A stretch of 64,000 nt of DNA from a bacterium (lineage in GTDB: Bacteria; RBG-13-61-14; DATKZS01): contig CAXXFL010000007.1 in NCBI GenBank assembly GCA_963674965.2, forward strand, positions 416,001 through 480,000, written 5' to 3'. Below, in pieces: positions 9,263 to 19,807 of the stretch. Made by a program: the position numbers and the translations under genes. The notes under the pieces are model-generated. The model was not told the DNA's origin, did no database searches, and worked only from the letters and a program-made list of their open reading frames with translations. The first letter of the stretch is position 1, and each line of letters starts with the position of its first letter.

Positions 9263-12200
9263 TCAATACCCTTCTATCGTCACCGCCGGCGCTTTATCGA
9301 TTTGTGGGCAATACCTACCCTTGCCCGACTGGTCGCCGCAGGACGGGATAGTCGCGTTTAGGTAGATTGTGCCGGGGGAATCGACCCGGACGACGATGGA
9401 CGAGAGGCCGCCCGAGTCCATGGCCCCGGACACGTCGTAACGCCCCGTCCCGCTCGGGCCCTCGCCGCCGAGGAGGGTGGCCGCGCCGGTCGAGCTCGGG
9501 TCGATCTCGAAGACCACCCCGAAGGAGGACGAGTAACCGATGGCCGAGGAGTTGATAACGCTCACGGTCACCCGCGTGGTCGCGCCCTCGGCCACGCTCC
9601 GAGAAGTGGCGCCGTCCACCACCAGGTCGGTGGGGATGGTGGGGTTCGAGGCCGTGTCGTTTCCGCTGATTATGGCCTGTATCACGGAGAGGTCCAGGGG
9701 CGAGACTCCCGCCGGGTCGCCCATCATGCGCTGGCTGTCGCCGTTGGGCGGAAGCACTCCCAAGTAGGACACGTCATTGCCGATGATCCTGTTCTTCAGG
9801 GCCGTCATGTCCAGCGGAGACACCAGCCCGTCGGCCGACACGGTATTCCCCGCGTCGCCCCAGCTAAAACACGACGCCCCGCCGGTCAGGTCCACCTCCC
9901 AGATATCCGTCCCATTATAGTACTCGTGCGCGTTCTCGATCCCGTCCCCATCAAAGTCCGCTCCCAACCCGTCGCCCGCCGACAGCGGGTCCAGCCCCGT
10001 ATCCCCATGCCCCACCGAGTTGTCAGCCTCGAACCCGTCCGGCAAACCGTCCCCGTCCGAGTCCCAATTGCATGGGTCGGTAGTAACCACGTACTCATCG
10101 TAATTGTCCAGCCCGTCCCCGTCCCCGTCCACCGCGTCGTCCACCGTGTCGGCCATCACGCATGAGAAGGTTAATTCCCACGCGTCAGGCATTCCGTCGC
10201 CGTCGCCGTCCCCGCTATCGCCCATGTAGCCGACATAGATGATCTGAAGGCCTGAACCATCGTCCGCCACGTAAGCGTAGCCGTCCTGGTAATAAACGCC
10301 CCAAGAGTTACCGGGCGTGTCATAGGAACCTACCCATAACGGGTTGGCTGGGTTGTGGACATTTATAATCTGGAGGCCCGCCGTGCCGTCCGCCACGAAG
10401 GCCAAGTCGTCCAGGACGTGAACATCGTTTGAAGATCCCTCCGTGTCGTAGGAACCGACAAGGATAGGGACAGCCGGGTTTGAGACGTCGATGATCTGAA
10501 GCCCCGAGTCCTGGTCCGCCACGTAGGCGTAATTGCCCAGGACGTAAAGGCCGCGTGAAAAATCCGGGGTGTCGTACGCGCCGGCCAGGGACGGGCTGGC
10601 CGGGTTTCCCAAGTCGATGATCTGAAGCCCCGCTTCCCCGTCGGCCACATAGGCGTAGTTGCCGACGACGTTGACGTCGCAGGCTACCCCCAGCGTGTCG
10701 TACGTCCCCACGAGACTCGGGGCCGCCGCGTTTGTCACGTCGATGACGTGAAGACCGCTGGTATGGTCCGCCACGTAGGCGTAATTTCCCGCGAAGGAAA
10801 CTCCAATGGCCCTATCAGTGTCGTATGTCCCGGTTAACGAGGGACTGGAAGGGGACGTGACGTCAATTATCCGAAGGCCTGAAATTCCGCTTGCGACGTA
10901 GGCGTACTGGCCGGATAAAAAGACGTCAACGGCTCGAGTCGATTCGTATTGGCCCGCCAGGGTCGGGCTTGAAGGATTTGAGACATTAAAAATTTGCAGG
11001 CCGTCTCCATCATCTGCAACGTATGCGTAGTCGCCGGAGACAAAGACGCGCCAAGAGTAATCCACCGTGTCGTATGAGCCCACCAGTTCCGGCTCGATAA
11101 ACGCAAACTCGAAATCGTCTCCTGGCGAGGAGCACTCGGGGTCGTCGGGGTAGTCGGTATGGCCGTCGCTATCGTCGTCAAGTCCGTTGTCGCACGCGGT
11201 CGTTCCTAATTCGTCGTCGTCCGACAGGTCGTCACAGCCCGGATCGAGAATGTCTATAAAGGTGTCTCCGTCGTTATCCACGCCGTCGCTGCAGGCGGTG
11301 CTCGAGCAGGGGTCGCCGTTATTATGGTATTCCTCGAGGTTGGAAAAGGCGTCGCCGTCGGGATTGGCCGCGTCGTCCACCGTGTTCGGCATCATGCAGG
11401 AATAGGTATTCTCCCACGCGTCGATCATGCCGTCGCCGTCGGAGTCGGCCTCGTCGAAAAGGATGACTTGAAGCCCGGCCCCCCCGTCCGCCACGAAGGA
11501 ATAGCCTTGGTTAACGAAAACTCCATAGGCGTTTCCCGGCGTGTCATAGGAGCCGGCCAGGACCGGGGCTACCGGATTGACCGCGTTGACAATCAGGAGG
11601 CCGGAGGCGTCGTCCGCCACGTGGACCAGGTTTCCCGAGACGAAAACGTCGTAAGCCGAGCCGGGGGTGTCGAAGGTCGCCGCCAGGGTCGGGCTGGCGG
11701 GATCGGTCACGTCGATTACCTGGAGGCCCGAGTCGCGGTCGGCCACGTAGGCGTAGGGGCCCGAGACCTGGACGGCGCGGGCGTAACCCGAGGTGTTATA
11801 CGCTCCCGCCAGAGTGGGGGCATAGGGATTGGCCACGTTTATAATCTGGAGTCCGTTCTCGCCGTCGGCCACGTAGGCGTAGTCGCCCGAGACGAAAACT
11901 CCGTCGGCCACGCCCGGTGTGTTATACGCGCCGATGAGGACCGGGCTTGCCGGACTGGACGCGTCGAATATCTTTAGGCCCGAGGTATGATCGGCCACGT
12001 AGGCGTAGCCGCCCGCGACGTGGACCCCGATGGCCTTGTAGGTGTCGTAGGACCCGGCCAATATGGGCGCCTCGGGGATCGAGATATCGATGATCCGCAG
12101 GCCGTATGAGTCGTCGGCCACGTAGGCGTAATCGCCCGAGACGCTGACCTCGATGGCCCGGCTGGTCAGGTAAGACCCCGCCAGATACGGGGCGGCGGGG

Positions 12201-15200
12201 TTGGACAGGTCGACAATCTGGAGGCCGGAGTAATTATCCGCCACGTAGGCGTATCCGCCCGAGACGAAAACGTCCCAGGCCAGGTCCGGCGTGTCGTAGG
12301 CGCCCGTCAGCTCGAGGGCGAGTTGGTACTGCTCGCCCGAGTCGCCGGGGCCGGCGCAGTTGGGATCGTCGGGATAGTCGATCAGGCCGTCAAAGTCGTC
12401 GTCTATGCCGTTGTCGCAGATGACGTTGCATAGTTCACTTTCGTCGGCATAGCCGGCGCACCCCGGATCCAGGAGGTCGGCATAGGTATCCCCGTCGTTG
12501 TCCAAGCCGTCGCTGCAAGCCGTTGTGGAGCAAGGGTCCAGGTCATTTAGATACTCCTCGAGGTTGGTCAAGGCGTCGCCGTCGGGATTGGCCGCGTCAT
12601 CCACCGTGTCGGCCATCATGCATGAATGCGAATTCTCCCAGATATCGGGCATGCCGTCCAGATCATAATCATCGTCAACGGGATCGAATGGATCGCGACC
12701 GTTTACTATCTCGCTCCCCTCGCTCTCTCCCCCGCCGTCGGTGTCCGGGTCGCAAGGATCGAGCCCGATCGTGTACTCGTCCAGGCAGCTAAGACCGTCA
12801 AGGTCGTAATCGGCCGCGTCGTCCACCGTGTCGGCCATAACGCAATCATAAGAATTCTCCCAGATATCGGGCATGCCGTCCAGATCGAAATCATCGTCAA
12901 CGGGATCGAATGGATCGCGACCGTTTGCGATCTCGCTCCCGTCGTTCTCCCCCCCGCCGTCCGTGTCCGGGTCGCAAGGATCGAGGCCGATCGTGTATTC
13001 GTCCAGGCAGCCAAGACCGTCAAGGTCGTAATCGGCCCCGGCGTCCACCGTGTCGGCCATAACGCAATCATAAGAATTCTCCCAGATATCGGGCATGCCG
13101 TCCGAATCATTATCATCGTCAACCGGGTCGAATGGATCGCGACCGTTTGCGATCTCGCTCCCGTCATCCTCTCCCCCGCCGTCGGTGTCCGGGTCGCAAG
13201 GATCGAGGCCGATCGTGTACTCGTCCAGGCAGCTAAGACCGTCAAGGTCGTAATCGGCCCCGGCGTCCACCGTGTCGGCCATAACGCAATTATAAGAATT
13301 CTCCCAGATATCGGGCATGCCGTCCAGATCGAAATCATCGTCAACGGGATCGAATGGATCGCGACCGTTTGCGATCTCGTTCCCGTCGTTCTCTCCCCCG
13401 CCGTCCGTGTCCGGGTCGCAAGGATCGAGCCCGATCATGTACTCGTCGAGGCAACTAAGACCGTCGAGATCGTAATCGGCCCCGGCGTCCACCGTGTCGG
13501 CCATCATACATGTATAGGAGTTCTCCCATATGTCTATCATTCCATCTTCATCGCCGTCAGCGTCGTCAATTTGAATTATTTGAAGACCTAAGCTACCGTC
13601 GGCCACGTATGCGTATCGGTTATCATAGTAAACTCCTAAAGCGTTTCCCCCAGTATCGTATGAACCTTTTAAAATGGGGCTGGTCGGATTGGAGACGTCA
13701 ATGATTTGAAGACCCGAGGAGTCATCCGCTACCAAGGCGTAAATTGAAAAAACGTGGACGTCGTAGGATAGGCCGGGAGTGTCGTAGAATCCGACGAGGG
13801 TGGGGCTCGAGGGCGTCGAGACGTCGATGATCTGGAGGCCGGAGCCTCGGTCGGCCACGTAGGCGTAATTTCCCGAGACGAAAATGCCGCGAGAATAATC
13901 AGGAGTGTCATACGTACCTATCAGGGTCGGGGACGCGGGATTGGACACGTTTATTATTTGGAGGCCAGACTCCCCGTCGGCCAAGTAGGCGTAGTTGCCA
14001 ATTACATAGACCGCGCAGGCGATGCCGGTTGTATCATATGTCCCCACAAGACTCGGGCTGGTGGGATTCTCGACGTTAATTATTTGAAGACCTGAGGCGT
14101 GGTCCGTGATATATGCGTAATCACCCGAGACGTAAAGGCCGATGGCGTAATATGTATCATACCTGCCGGTCAATGATGGAGAGGATGGATTTGAGATATC
14201 TATTATCCGGAGGCCGGAACTACTGTCCGCCACGTAAGCGTAATTACCCGAGACGTGGACATCCAAGGCGCTATATGTATCGTAGGTGGAGACCAGGGAA
14301 GGGTTCACTGGATTTGAAATATTTAAAATATGGAGACCGAGGCTTGCGCCCGCCACGTAGGCGTAGCCGCCGGAAACGACCACGTCCCAGGCCCAGGCCG
14401 TTCCCGGCGTGTCGTACGATCCCACCAGGGCGGGATTCAGTAAAAGCTCACTCGAGTCCGAGGGGGAGGAACATCCAGGATCATCAGGATAATCGGCCAA
14501 GCCGTCGCCGTCGTCGTCAAGGCCGTTGTCGCAGACGTCGAGCCCTCTTTCGTCGGCGTCGGAATAGCCGTCGCAACCGGGATCGTCGAGATCGATTAAC
14601 CCATCGCCGTCGCTATCCAAACCGTCACTGCACGCGGTGGTCGAGCAGGGGTCCAGGCCGTAAACGTATTCATTGATGTTGGTCAAGGCGTCGCCGTCGG
14701 GATTGCCCTGGTCGTCCACCGTGTCGGCCATGACGCAGGAATAGGTATTTTCCCAGCCCGCCGGCATTCCGTCTCCATCTTGATCGTCATCATAGGGGTC
14801 CAATGGGTCCCGTTCCGCGAGGGTCTCGCTTCCGTCGTTTTCTCCACCGTCGTCCGTGTCTGGGTCGCAAGGATCAAGGCCCGCGTAATATTCCTCGAGG
14901 TTATCCAGTCCGTCGGCGTCGTAATCCGCCTCGTGGTCCGCGACGTCGGCCATCATGCAGGCATAGGTATTTTCCCATCCCGCCGGTATTCCGTCTCCAT
15001 CTTGATCGTCATCATAGGGGTCCAATGGGTTCCGTTCCGCGGAGGTCTCGCTGCCGTCGTTTTCTCCTCCGCCGTCGGTGTCGGGGTCGCAGGGATCAAG
15101 GCCCGCGAAATATTCCTCGAGGTTATCCAGTCCGTCGGCGTCGTAATCCGCCGCGTCGTCCACCGTGCTCGCCATCATGCAGGAATAGGTATTCTCCCAC

Positions 15201-16633
15201 GCGTCGATCATCCCGTCTCCATCTTGATCGTCATCATAGGGGTCCAATGGGTCCCGTTCCGCGAGGATCTCGCTTCCGTCGTTCTCTCCCCCGCCGTCGG
15301 TGTCGGGGTCGCAGGGATCAAGGCCCGCGAAATATTCCTCGAGGTTATCCAGTCCGTCGGCGTCGTAATCCGCCGCGTCGTCCACCGTGCTCGCCATCAT
15401 GCAGGAATAGGTATTCTCCCACGCGTCGATCATCCCGTCTCCATCTTGATCGTCATCATAGGGGTCCAATGGGTCCCGTTCCGCGAGGGTCTCGCTTCCG
15501 TCGTTCTCTCCCCCGCCGTCGGTGTCGGGGTCGCAGGGATCAAGGCCCGCGAAATATTCCTCGAGGTTATCCAGTCCGTCGGCGTCGTAATCGGCCGCGT
15601 CGTCCACCGTGCTCGCCATCATGCAGGAATAGGTATTCTCCCACGCGTCGATCATCCCGTCTCCATCGCTATCCGTTCCATCGAAAAGGATTACCTGAAG
15701 GCCGGAACCAGAGTCCGCCAAATAAGCGTAACCGTCAAGGTAATAGACACCCAAAGCGTATCCGGGCGTGTCGTATAAGCTAAACAACGTCGGGTTTGAT
15801 GGGCTTGAAATCTGGATGATCTGAAGGCCCGAACCATAATCCGCCACGTAGGCGAAGTCACCGAAGACGTGGACGTCATAGGATGAGCCGGTCGTATCAT
15901 AAAAGCCAACTAGAGCGGGACTGGCAGGGCTGGAGACGTCGATGATCTGGAGGCCGGAGCCTTGGTCGGCCACGTAGGCGTAATTACCCGAGACGAAAAT
16001 GCCGCGAGAATAATCAGGAGTGTCATACGTACCTATCAGGGTCGGGGACGCGGGATTGGACACGTATAATATTTGGAGGCCAGACTCCCCGTCGGCCACG
16101 TAGGCGTAGTTGCCAATTACATGGACCGCGCAAGCTGTGCCGGTTGTGTTGTAGGTTCCCACAAGACTCGGGCTGGTGGGATTGGTAACGTTGAAAATTT
16201 TAAGGCCCGAGGTATGGTCAGCTATATATACGTAATCACCCGAGACGTAAAGGCCGATGGCTTTAGATGTACTATACGTGCCGGTTAATGAAGGAGAGCC
16301 TGGATTTGAGATATCTATTATCCGGAGGCCGGAAGTGCTGTCCGCCACGTAAGCGTAATTACCCGAGACGTAGACGTCCAAGGCGCGATATGTATCGTAG
16401 GTTGCCACCAAGGCAGGATTCGCCGGATTTGAAATGTCTATGACGTGGAGACCGGCGCCGTCGTCCGCCACGTAGGCGTAGTCGCCCGCGACGAACACGT
16501 CCCAAGCCTCGTCCGGCGTGTCGTACGATCCCACCAGGGCGGGGTTACCTTGCGCCCTGGCCGGAGCGGCGATCGAAAGAACGGCGGCCATAACCGCGAC
16601 GAACAAAACGGTCGGTCTGACTTGGCTTTTCAT
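9263..16633 (-). CDS. Giant secreted protein 1 (~2456 aa): four LVIVD-repeat propellers, acidic DxDxDG Ca-binding repeats, Cys-paired CxDGxDNDxDG motifs, C-terminal dockerin-like plus Ig-like module
   Basis: Signal peptide (ARA-Q); recurring YAYVADxxxGLQIIDVSNP repeats; DGDGMxDxWE...DPCDPDTDGGG repeats; ATG 16633 after GGGGAG. Confidence 0.9.
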   Translation of the reverse strand: MKSQVRPTVLFVAVMAAVLSIAAPARAQGNPALVGSYDTPDEAWDVFVAGDYAYVADDGAGLHVIDISNPANPALVATYDTYRALDVYVSGNYAYVADSTSGLRIIDISNPGSPSLTGTYSTSKAIGLYVSGDYVYIADHTSGLKIFNVTNPTSPSLVGTYNTTGTACAVHVIGNYAYVADGESGLQILYVSNPASPTLIGTYDTPDYSRGIFVSGNYAYVADQGSGLQIIDVSSPASPALVGFYDTTGSSYDVHVFGDFAYVADYGSGLQIIQISSPSNPTLFSLYDTPGYALGVYYLDGYAYLADSGSGLQVILFDGTDSDGDGMIDAWENTYSCMMASTVDDAADYDADGLDNLEEYFAGLDPCDPDTDGGGENDGSETLAERDPLDPYDDDQDGDGMIDAWENTYSCMMASTVDDAADYDADGLDNLEEYFAGLDPCDPDTDGGGENDGSEILAERDPLDPYDDDQDGDGMIDAWENTYSCMMASTVDDAADYDADGLDNLEEYFAGLDPCDPDTDGGGENDGSETSAERNPLDPYDDDQDGDGIPAGWENTYACMMADVADHEADYDADGLDNLEEYYAGLDPCDPDTDDGGENDGSETLAERDPLDPYDDDQDGDGMPAGWENTYSCVMADTVDDQGNPDGDALTNINEYVYGLDPCSTTACSDGLDSDGDGLIDLDDPGCDGYSDADERGLDVCDNGLDDDGDGLADYPDDPGCSSPSDSSELLLNPALVGSYDTPGTAWAWDVVVSGGYAYVAGASLGLHILNISNPVNPSLVSTYDTYSALDVHVSGNYAYVADSSSGLRIIDISNPSSPSLTGRYDTYYAIGLYVSGDYAYITDHASGLQIINVENPTSPSLVGTYDTTGIACAVYVIGNYAYLADGESGLQIINVSNPASPTLIGTYDTPDYSRGIFVSGNYAYVADRGSGLQIIDVSTPSSPTLVGFYDTPGLSYDVHVFSIYALVADDSSGLQIIDVSNPTSPILKGSYDTGGNALGVYYDNRYAYVADGSLGLQIIQIDDADGDEDGMIDIWENSYTCMMADTVDAGADYDLDGLSCLDEYMIGLDPCDPDTDGGGENDGNEIANGRDPFDPVDDDFDLDGMPDIWENSYNCVMADTVDAGADYDLDGLSCLDEYTIGLDPCDPDTDGGGEDDGSEIANGRDPFDPVDDDNDSDGMPDIWENSYDCVMADTVDAGADYDLDGLGCLDEYTIGLDPCDPDTDGGGENDGSEIANGRDPFDPVDDDFDLDGMPDIWENSYDCVMADTVDDAADYDLDGLSCLDEYTIGLDPCDPDTDGGGESEGSEIVNGRDPFDPVDDDYDLDGMPDIWENSHSCMMADTVDDAANPDGDALTNLEEYLNDLDPCSTTACSDGLDNDGDTYADLLDPGCAGYADESELCNVICDNGIDDDFDGLIDYPDDPNCAGPGDSGEQYQLALELTGAYDTPDLAWDVFVSGGYAYVADNYSGLQIVDLSNPAAPYLAGSYLTSRAIEVSVSGDYAYVADDSYGLRIIDISIPEAPILAGSYDTYKAIGVHVAGGYAYVADHTSGLKIFDASSPASPVLIGAYNTPGVADGVFVSGDYAYVADGENGLQIINVANPYAPTLAGAYNTSGYARAVQVSGPYAYVADRDSGLQVIDVTDPASPTLAATFDTPGSAYDVFVSGNLVHVADDASGLLIVNAVNPVAPVLAGSYDTPGNAYGVFVNQGYSFVADGGAGLQVILFDEADSDGDGMIDAWENTYSCMMPNTVDDAANPDGDAFSNLEEYHNNGDPCSSTACSDGVDNDGDTFIDILDPGCDDLSDDDELGTTACDNGLDDDSDGHTDYPDDPECSSPGDDFEFAFIEPELVGSYDTVDYSWRVFVSGDYAYVADDGDGLQIFNVSNPSSPTLAGQYESTRAVDVFLSGQYAYVASGISGLRIIDVTSPSSPSLTGTYDTDRAIGVSFAGNYAYVADHTSGLHVIDVTNAAAPSLVGTYDTLGVACDVNVVGNYAYVADGEAGLQIIDLGNPASPSLAGAYDTPDFSRGLYVLGNYAYVADQDSGLQIIDVSNPAVPILVGSYDTEGSSNDVHVLDDLAFVADGTAGLQIINVHNPANPLWVGSYDTPGNSWGVYYQDGYAYVADDGSGLQIIYVGYMGDSGDGDGDGMPDAWELTFSCVMADTVDDAVDGDGDGLDNYDEYVVTTDPCNWDSDGDGLPDGFEADNSVGHGDTGLDPLSAGDGLGADFDGDGIENAHEYYNGTDIWEVDLTGGASCFSWGDAGNTVSADGLVSPLDMTALKNRIIGNDVSYLGVLPPNGDSQRMMGDPAGVSPLDLSVIQAIISGNDTASNPTIPTDLVVDGATSRSVAEGATTRVTVSVINSSAIGYSSSFGVVFEIDPSSTGAATLLGGEGPSGTGRYDVSGAMDSGGLSSIVVRVDSPGTIYLNATIPSCGDQSGKGRYCPQIDKAPAVTIEGY
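12665..13550 (-). repeat. Intragenic tandem array, four 222-bp units (74 aa)
   Basis: Near-identical units DLDGMPDIWENSYxCVMADTVD...GRDPFDPVDDD. Confidence 0.85.
14780..15668 (-). repeat. Intragenic tandem array, four 222-bp units (74 aa)
   Basis: GGTCCAATGGGT recurs at a 222-bp period (e.g. 15241 and 15463); unit DGDGMIDAWENTYSC...RDPLDPYDDDQ. Confidence 0.88.
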
Positions 16634-16719
16634 GGCTTCCTCCCCGGTTACCATTTAAATCTAGCGCGTCGTCTTGGAGAGTGGCGGTTGGGGGCGCGGG
16701 GCCCTGATCCAAACCGCCT

Positions 16720-16746
16720 ATTATGTTATGCGTGCCCGCTTGTCAA
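16720..16746 (-). promoter_or_regulatory. Possible sigma70 promoter of giant protein 1
   Basis: TTGACA-N15-CATAAT on the minus strand; spacer is short. Confidence 0.35.
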
Positions 16747-16900
16747 TCGTGCTCCGGATGGCCGGCCGAACTCGCTTCGTCCTTTTTGTTGGCTACTCCT
16801 TTTCGGTCGGGAGAAAAGTGCCCTTTTCCATACTGATATTAGACGAGAGGGCCCATGAAAGTCAAGAAAAAAAAGGCTTTTCTGGACGCGCCCAGACGAC

Positions 16901-16925
16901 AAAGCCCCGGCGGGACCGGGGCTTT
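16901..16925 (-). terminator. Terminator hairpin after cysS
   Basis: AAAGCCCCGG-cggga-CCGGGGCTTT perfect stem 30 nt after the cysS stop. Confidence 0.7.
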
Positions 16926-16955
16926 GGCTAAGACGTCCTGGCCTTAAACTGGTCT

Positions 16956-18413
16956 CTAAATATCCACTCTCCAGTCGGTCCCTCCCGGCTTGTCCTCGAG
17001 GACCACGCCCATGGCGAGGAGCTCGTCGCGGATGGCGTCGGAGCGGGCGAAGTCTTTTTCCTCCCTGGCCTTGGCGCGCTCGCGGATTTTATCCTCGACC
17101 ATGTTGGGGTCGATCTTTTTAAGGGCGGCCCGCAGGTCGCGGAGGCGGGTGAGGAACTTCCCGGGCTCGGCCTGGAAGAGGCCGAGGACCAGGCCGAGGC
17201 GTCGAAGCTCGGCGGCGGCTTTTTTGGCCAGGGCCACGGCGGGTTTTTTCCTGGCCAGCTTCTTGGTGGCCAGTAGCTGATTGAAAAGATGGAGGAAATC
17301 GAAGAAGGAGGCCATGGCCTTGGCGGTGTTGAAGTCGTCGTCCATGGCCTCGCGGAACTTTGTCTCGAGGCCCTCGAGTTCCTTGGCCAGGGGGAGGTCG
17401 GTCGCGGGGGCCTCGTCGGTTTCAGGGAGGGCGTCGGCCTGGGCCAGGGTCTGGTAGAACCTCTCGAGGTTCCGCTCGGCGGTCCGGACTCCCTGGTCGG
17501 TGAAATCGAGGGGGGAGTGGTAGTGGACGCCGTAGAGGAAGAACTTGACGGCCTCGGGGTCGTAGGTCTTGTAAAGCTCCTTGAGGGGGATGAAATTCCC
17601 CAGGGACTTGGATATCTTGACGCCGTCCTTGGTGACGTGGCCGTTGTGGACCCAGTACCGGGCCATGGGCTTGTCGTTGGCGGCCTCGGACTGGGCTATC
17701 TCGTTCTCGTGGTGGGGGAAGATAAGGTCGCGGCCGCCGCCGTGGACGTCAAAGGTCTCGCCCAGGTACTTGCTGCTCATGACCGAGCACTCGATGTGCC
17801 AGCCGGGCCGTCCGCTGCCCCACGGGCTGTCCCAGGATGGCTCGCCGGGCTTGGCGGCCTTCCACAGGGCGAAATCCAGGTCGCTTTTCTTGTGGGGGTC
17901 GTGGTCCACGCGGGCCACGTTTTCCATGTCCTCCCGGTCTCGGCCCGAGAGCTTTCCGTAGCCCGCGAATTTATCCACCGCGAAGTACACGCTGCCCGCC
18001 GCCTCGTAGGCGATCCCCTTATCGACCAGGGTCTTCACCATGGCGATAATGTCCGGGATGTGGTCGCTCACCTTGGGCTTGTGGGTGGGCTCGAGAAGGC
18101 CCAGCTTCTCGATGTCCTCCTCGTACTGGCGAGTGTATTTTTCCGCCACCTCTTTATAGTCCACGCCCTCCTCGTTGGCCCGGCTGATGATCTTGTCGTC
18201 CACGTCGGTATAGTTCCTGACGTAAGTCACGTTATAGCCGGTGAACTCGAAATAACGCCGGATAACGTCGAAGACCACCGCGGCCCGGGCGTGGCCTATG
18301 TGGCCGTCGTCGTAAACCGTGGGACCGCAGGCGTACATTTTAACGTCCTTGTCATCGGCGGGCTGGAAGGTCTCTTTCTTTTTTCCGAGAGTATTGTATA
18401 GCTCGATAGTCAT
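16956..18413 (-). CDS. cysS: Cysteinyl-tRNA synthetase
   Basis: CGPTVY, HIGH, DFALWK, GRPGWHIECS, FPHHENEIAQ, KISKSLGN. Confidence 0.98.
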   Translation of the reverse strand: MTIELYNTLGKKKETFQPADDKDVKMYACGPTVYDDGHIGHARAAVVFDVIRRYFEFTGYNVTYVRNYTDVDDKIISRANEEGVDYKEVAEKYTRQYEEDIEKLGLLEPTHKPKVSDHIPDIIAMVKTLVDKGIAYEAAGSVYFAVDKFAGYGKLSGRDREDMENVARVDHDPHKKSDLDFALWKAAKPGEPSWDSPWGSGRPGWHIECSVMSSKYLGETFDVHGGGRDLIFPHHENEIAQSEAANDKPMARYWVHNGHVTKDGVKISKSLGNFIPLKELYKTYDPEAVKFFLYGVHYHSPLDFTDQGVRTAERNLERFYQTLAQADALPETDEAPATDLPLAKELEGLETKFREAMDDDFNTAKAMASFFDFLHLFNQLLATKKLARKKPAVALAKKAAAELRRLGLVLGLFQAEPGKFLTRLRDLRAALKKIDPNMVEDKIRERAKAREEKDFARSDAIRDELLAMGVVLEDKPGGTDWRVDI

Positions 18414-18484
18414 ATCACACCTCTAATATAGTTTTGGCCGGCGGATATCTTTCTTCCGCCGGGACGGGATCGAAATGTATTGGC

Positions 18485-18967
18485 TTATTCCTTGAAGACC
18501 AGGGCCGAGGCCATGCAGGCTATGCCTTCTCCCCGGCCGGTGAAGCCCATGCCCTCGGTGGTGGTGGCCTTGAGGCTGACCTTGTCCTCATCGACCCCGA
18601 GCGCCTGGGCCATAATACATCGCATCTTGCTTACGTGGGGAGAAATTTTAGGTTTCTCGAGTATCAAGGTGGCGTCGATATTTCCCACCTTGTAACCTTT
18701 TTCAAGCACCATGTCCTTGACGGCCCGGAGAAGCTCGATGCTGTCGGCGTCCTTGTATTTGGGGTCGCCCGGCGGGAAATGGAGGCCAATGTCGCCCAGG
18801 GCCGCCGCGCCGAGCAGGGCGTCGGCCGCGGCGTGGGCCAAAACGTCGGCGTCGGAGTGGCCCTCGAGTCCTTTTTCAAAGGGGATCTCGACCCCGCCGA
18901 GGATGAGCTTTCTTCCCTCGACCAGGCGGTGCGCGTCGATTCCCTGTCCGGTCCTGTATTCCTTCAT
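18485..18967 (-). CDS. ispF: 2-C-methyl-D-erythritol 2,4-cyclodiphosphate synthase
   Basis: [39 protein letters not shown]. Confidence 0.97.
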   Translation of the reverse strand: MKEYRTGQGIDAHRLVEGRKLILGGVEIPFEKGLEGHSDADVLAHAAADALLGAAALGDIGLHFPPGDPKYKDADSIELLRAVKDMVLEKGYKVGNIDATLILEKPKISPHVSKMRCIMAQALGVDEDKVSLKATTTEGMGFTGRGEGIACMASALVFKE

Positions 18968-18971
18968 CGTC

Positions 18972-19676
18972 TTAAAACCGCGAGGGCCTGATGGCGCCGA
19001 CCTTGACCAGGGCCTCGGCCATCAGCCAGTCGGCCGGGGTGGTGAGCTTGAAGTTGAACTCGTCCGCCTCGACCATCTTGACGGGATGGCCTATCCTCTC
19101 GACCAGCACGGCGTCATCCGTGCCGACGAACCCCTCCTCGGCCGCCCTGGCATGGGCCTGGGCAATAAGGTCCCTTTTAAATACCTGGGGCGTCTGTACC
19201 CGCCAGAGGTTCTCCCGCTCCAGGGTCCGGCCCGGGCCGCCGTCCTCGATCCGTATGGTGTCGGCCGGCCTGATTCCCACGCTGACGGCCCCGCATATCC
19301 TTGCCTCCCGAATGGCCTCTCCAATGACCTCGGGCCGAATAAAGGGCCGGGCCGCGTCATGAATCGCGACCAACTCGGCGTCCTCCGGGACCTGGGCCAG
19401 ACATTTTCTTACCGTGTCACGCCGCTCGTCTCCGCCCTCGGCCAGCCGGCATTCTCTTCCCTTCAGCCATATCCTCAATATTTCCGAGGCCTTGTCTTTA
19501 TACTCGGGAGATACTCCAACCACCAGACCCCGTACATCCTTGCAGGCGAGGAGGGCCGAGGCGCTCCAGGCCAGGACGGGCCTGTCCACCAGCAGCCTGA
19601 ACTGCTTGGGCCCGGGGCCGGGCATTCTCTTGCCCGCGCCCGCCGCCGGTATGATGACGTATACGCCGGAAGGCAT
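18972..19676 (-). CDS. ispD: 2-C-methyl-D-erythritol 4-phosphate cytidylyltransferase
   Basis: [39 protein letters not shown]; start taken as ATG 19676. Confidence 0.95.
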   Translation of the reverse strand: MPSGVYVIIPAAGAGKRMPGPGPKQFRLLVDRPVLAWSASALLACKDVRGLVVGVSPEYKDKASEILRIWLKGRECRLAEGGDERRDTVRKCLAQVPEDAELVAIHDAARPFIRPEVIGEAIREARICGAVSVGIRPADTIRIEDGGPGRTLERENLWRVQTPQVFKRDLIAQAHARAAEEGFVGTDDAVLVERIGHPVKMVEADEFNFKLTTPADWLMAEALVKVGAIRPSRF

Positions 19677-19738
19677 ATTTCCAAGATTACAATGATAGCC
19701 GGCCCATTGCAAGAAATGGCCGTTTTTTCGGGTTTTTA

Positions 19739-19768
19739 TTGACATGAATGGCGCCGTCCGGCTACAAT
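19739..19768 (+). promoter_or_regulatory. Sigma70-type promoter
   Basis: TTGACA-N18-TACAAT about 40 nt upstream of ATG 19808. Confidence 0.55.
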
Positions 19769-19807
19769 CTTGGAAGGTTTGAACGCTAAAGTCTCGAAGA
19801 GGTTGCC

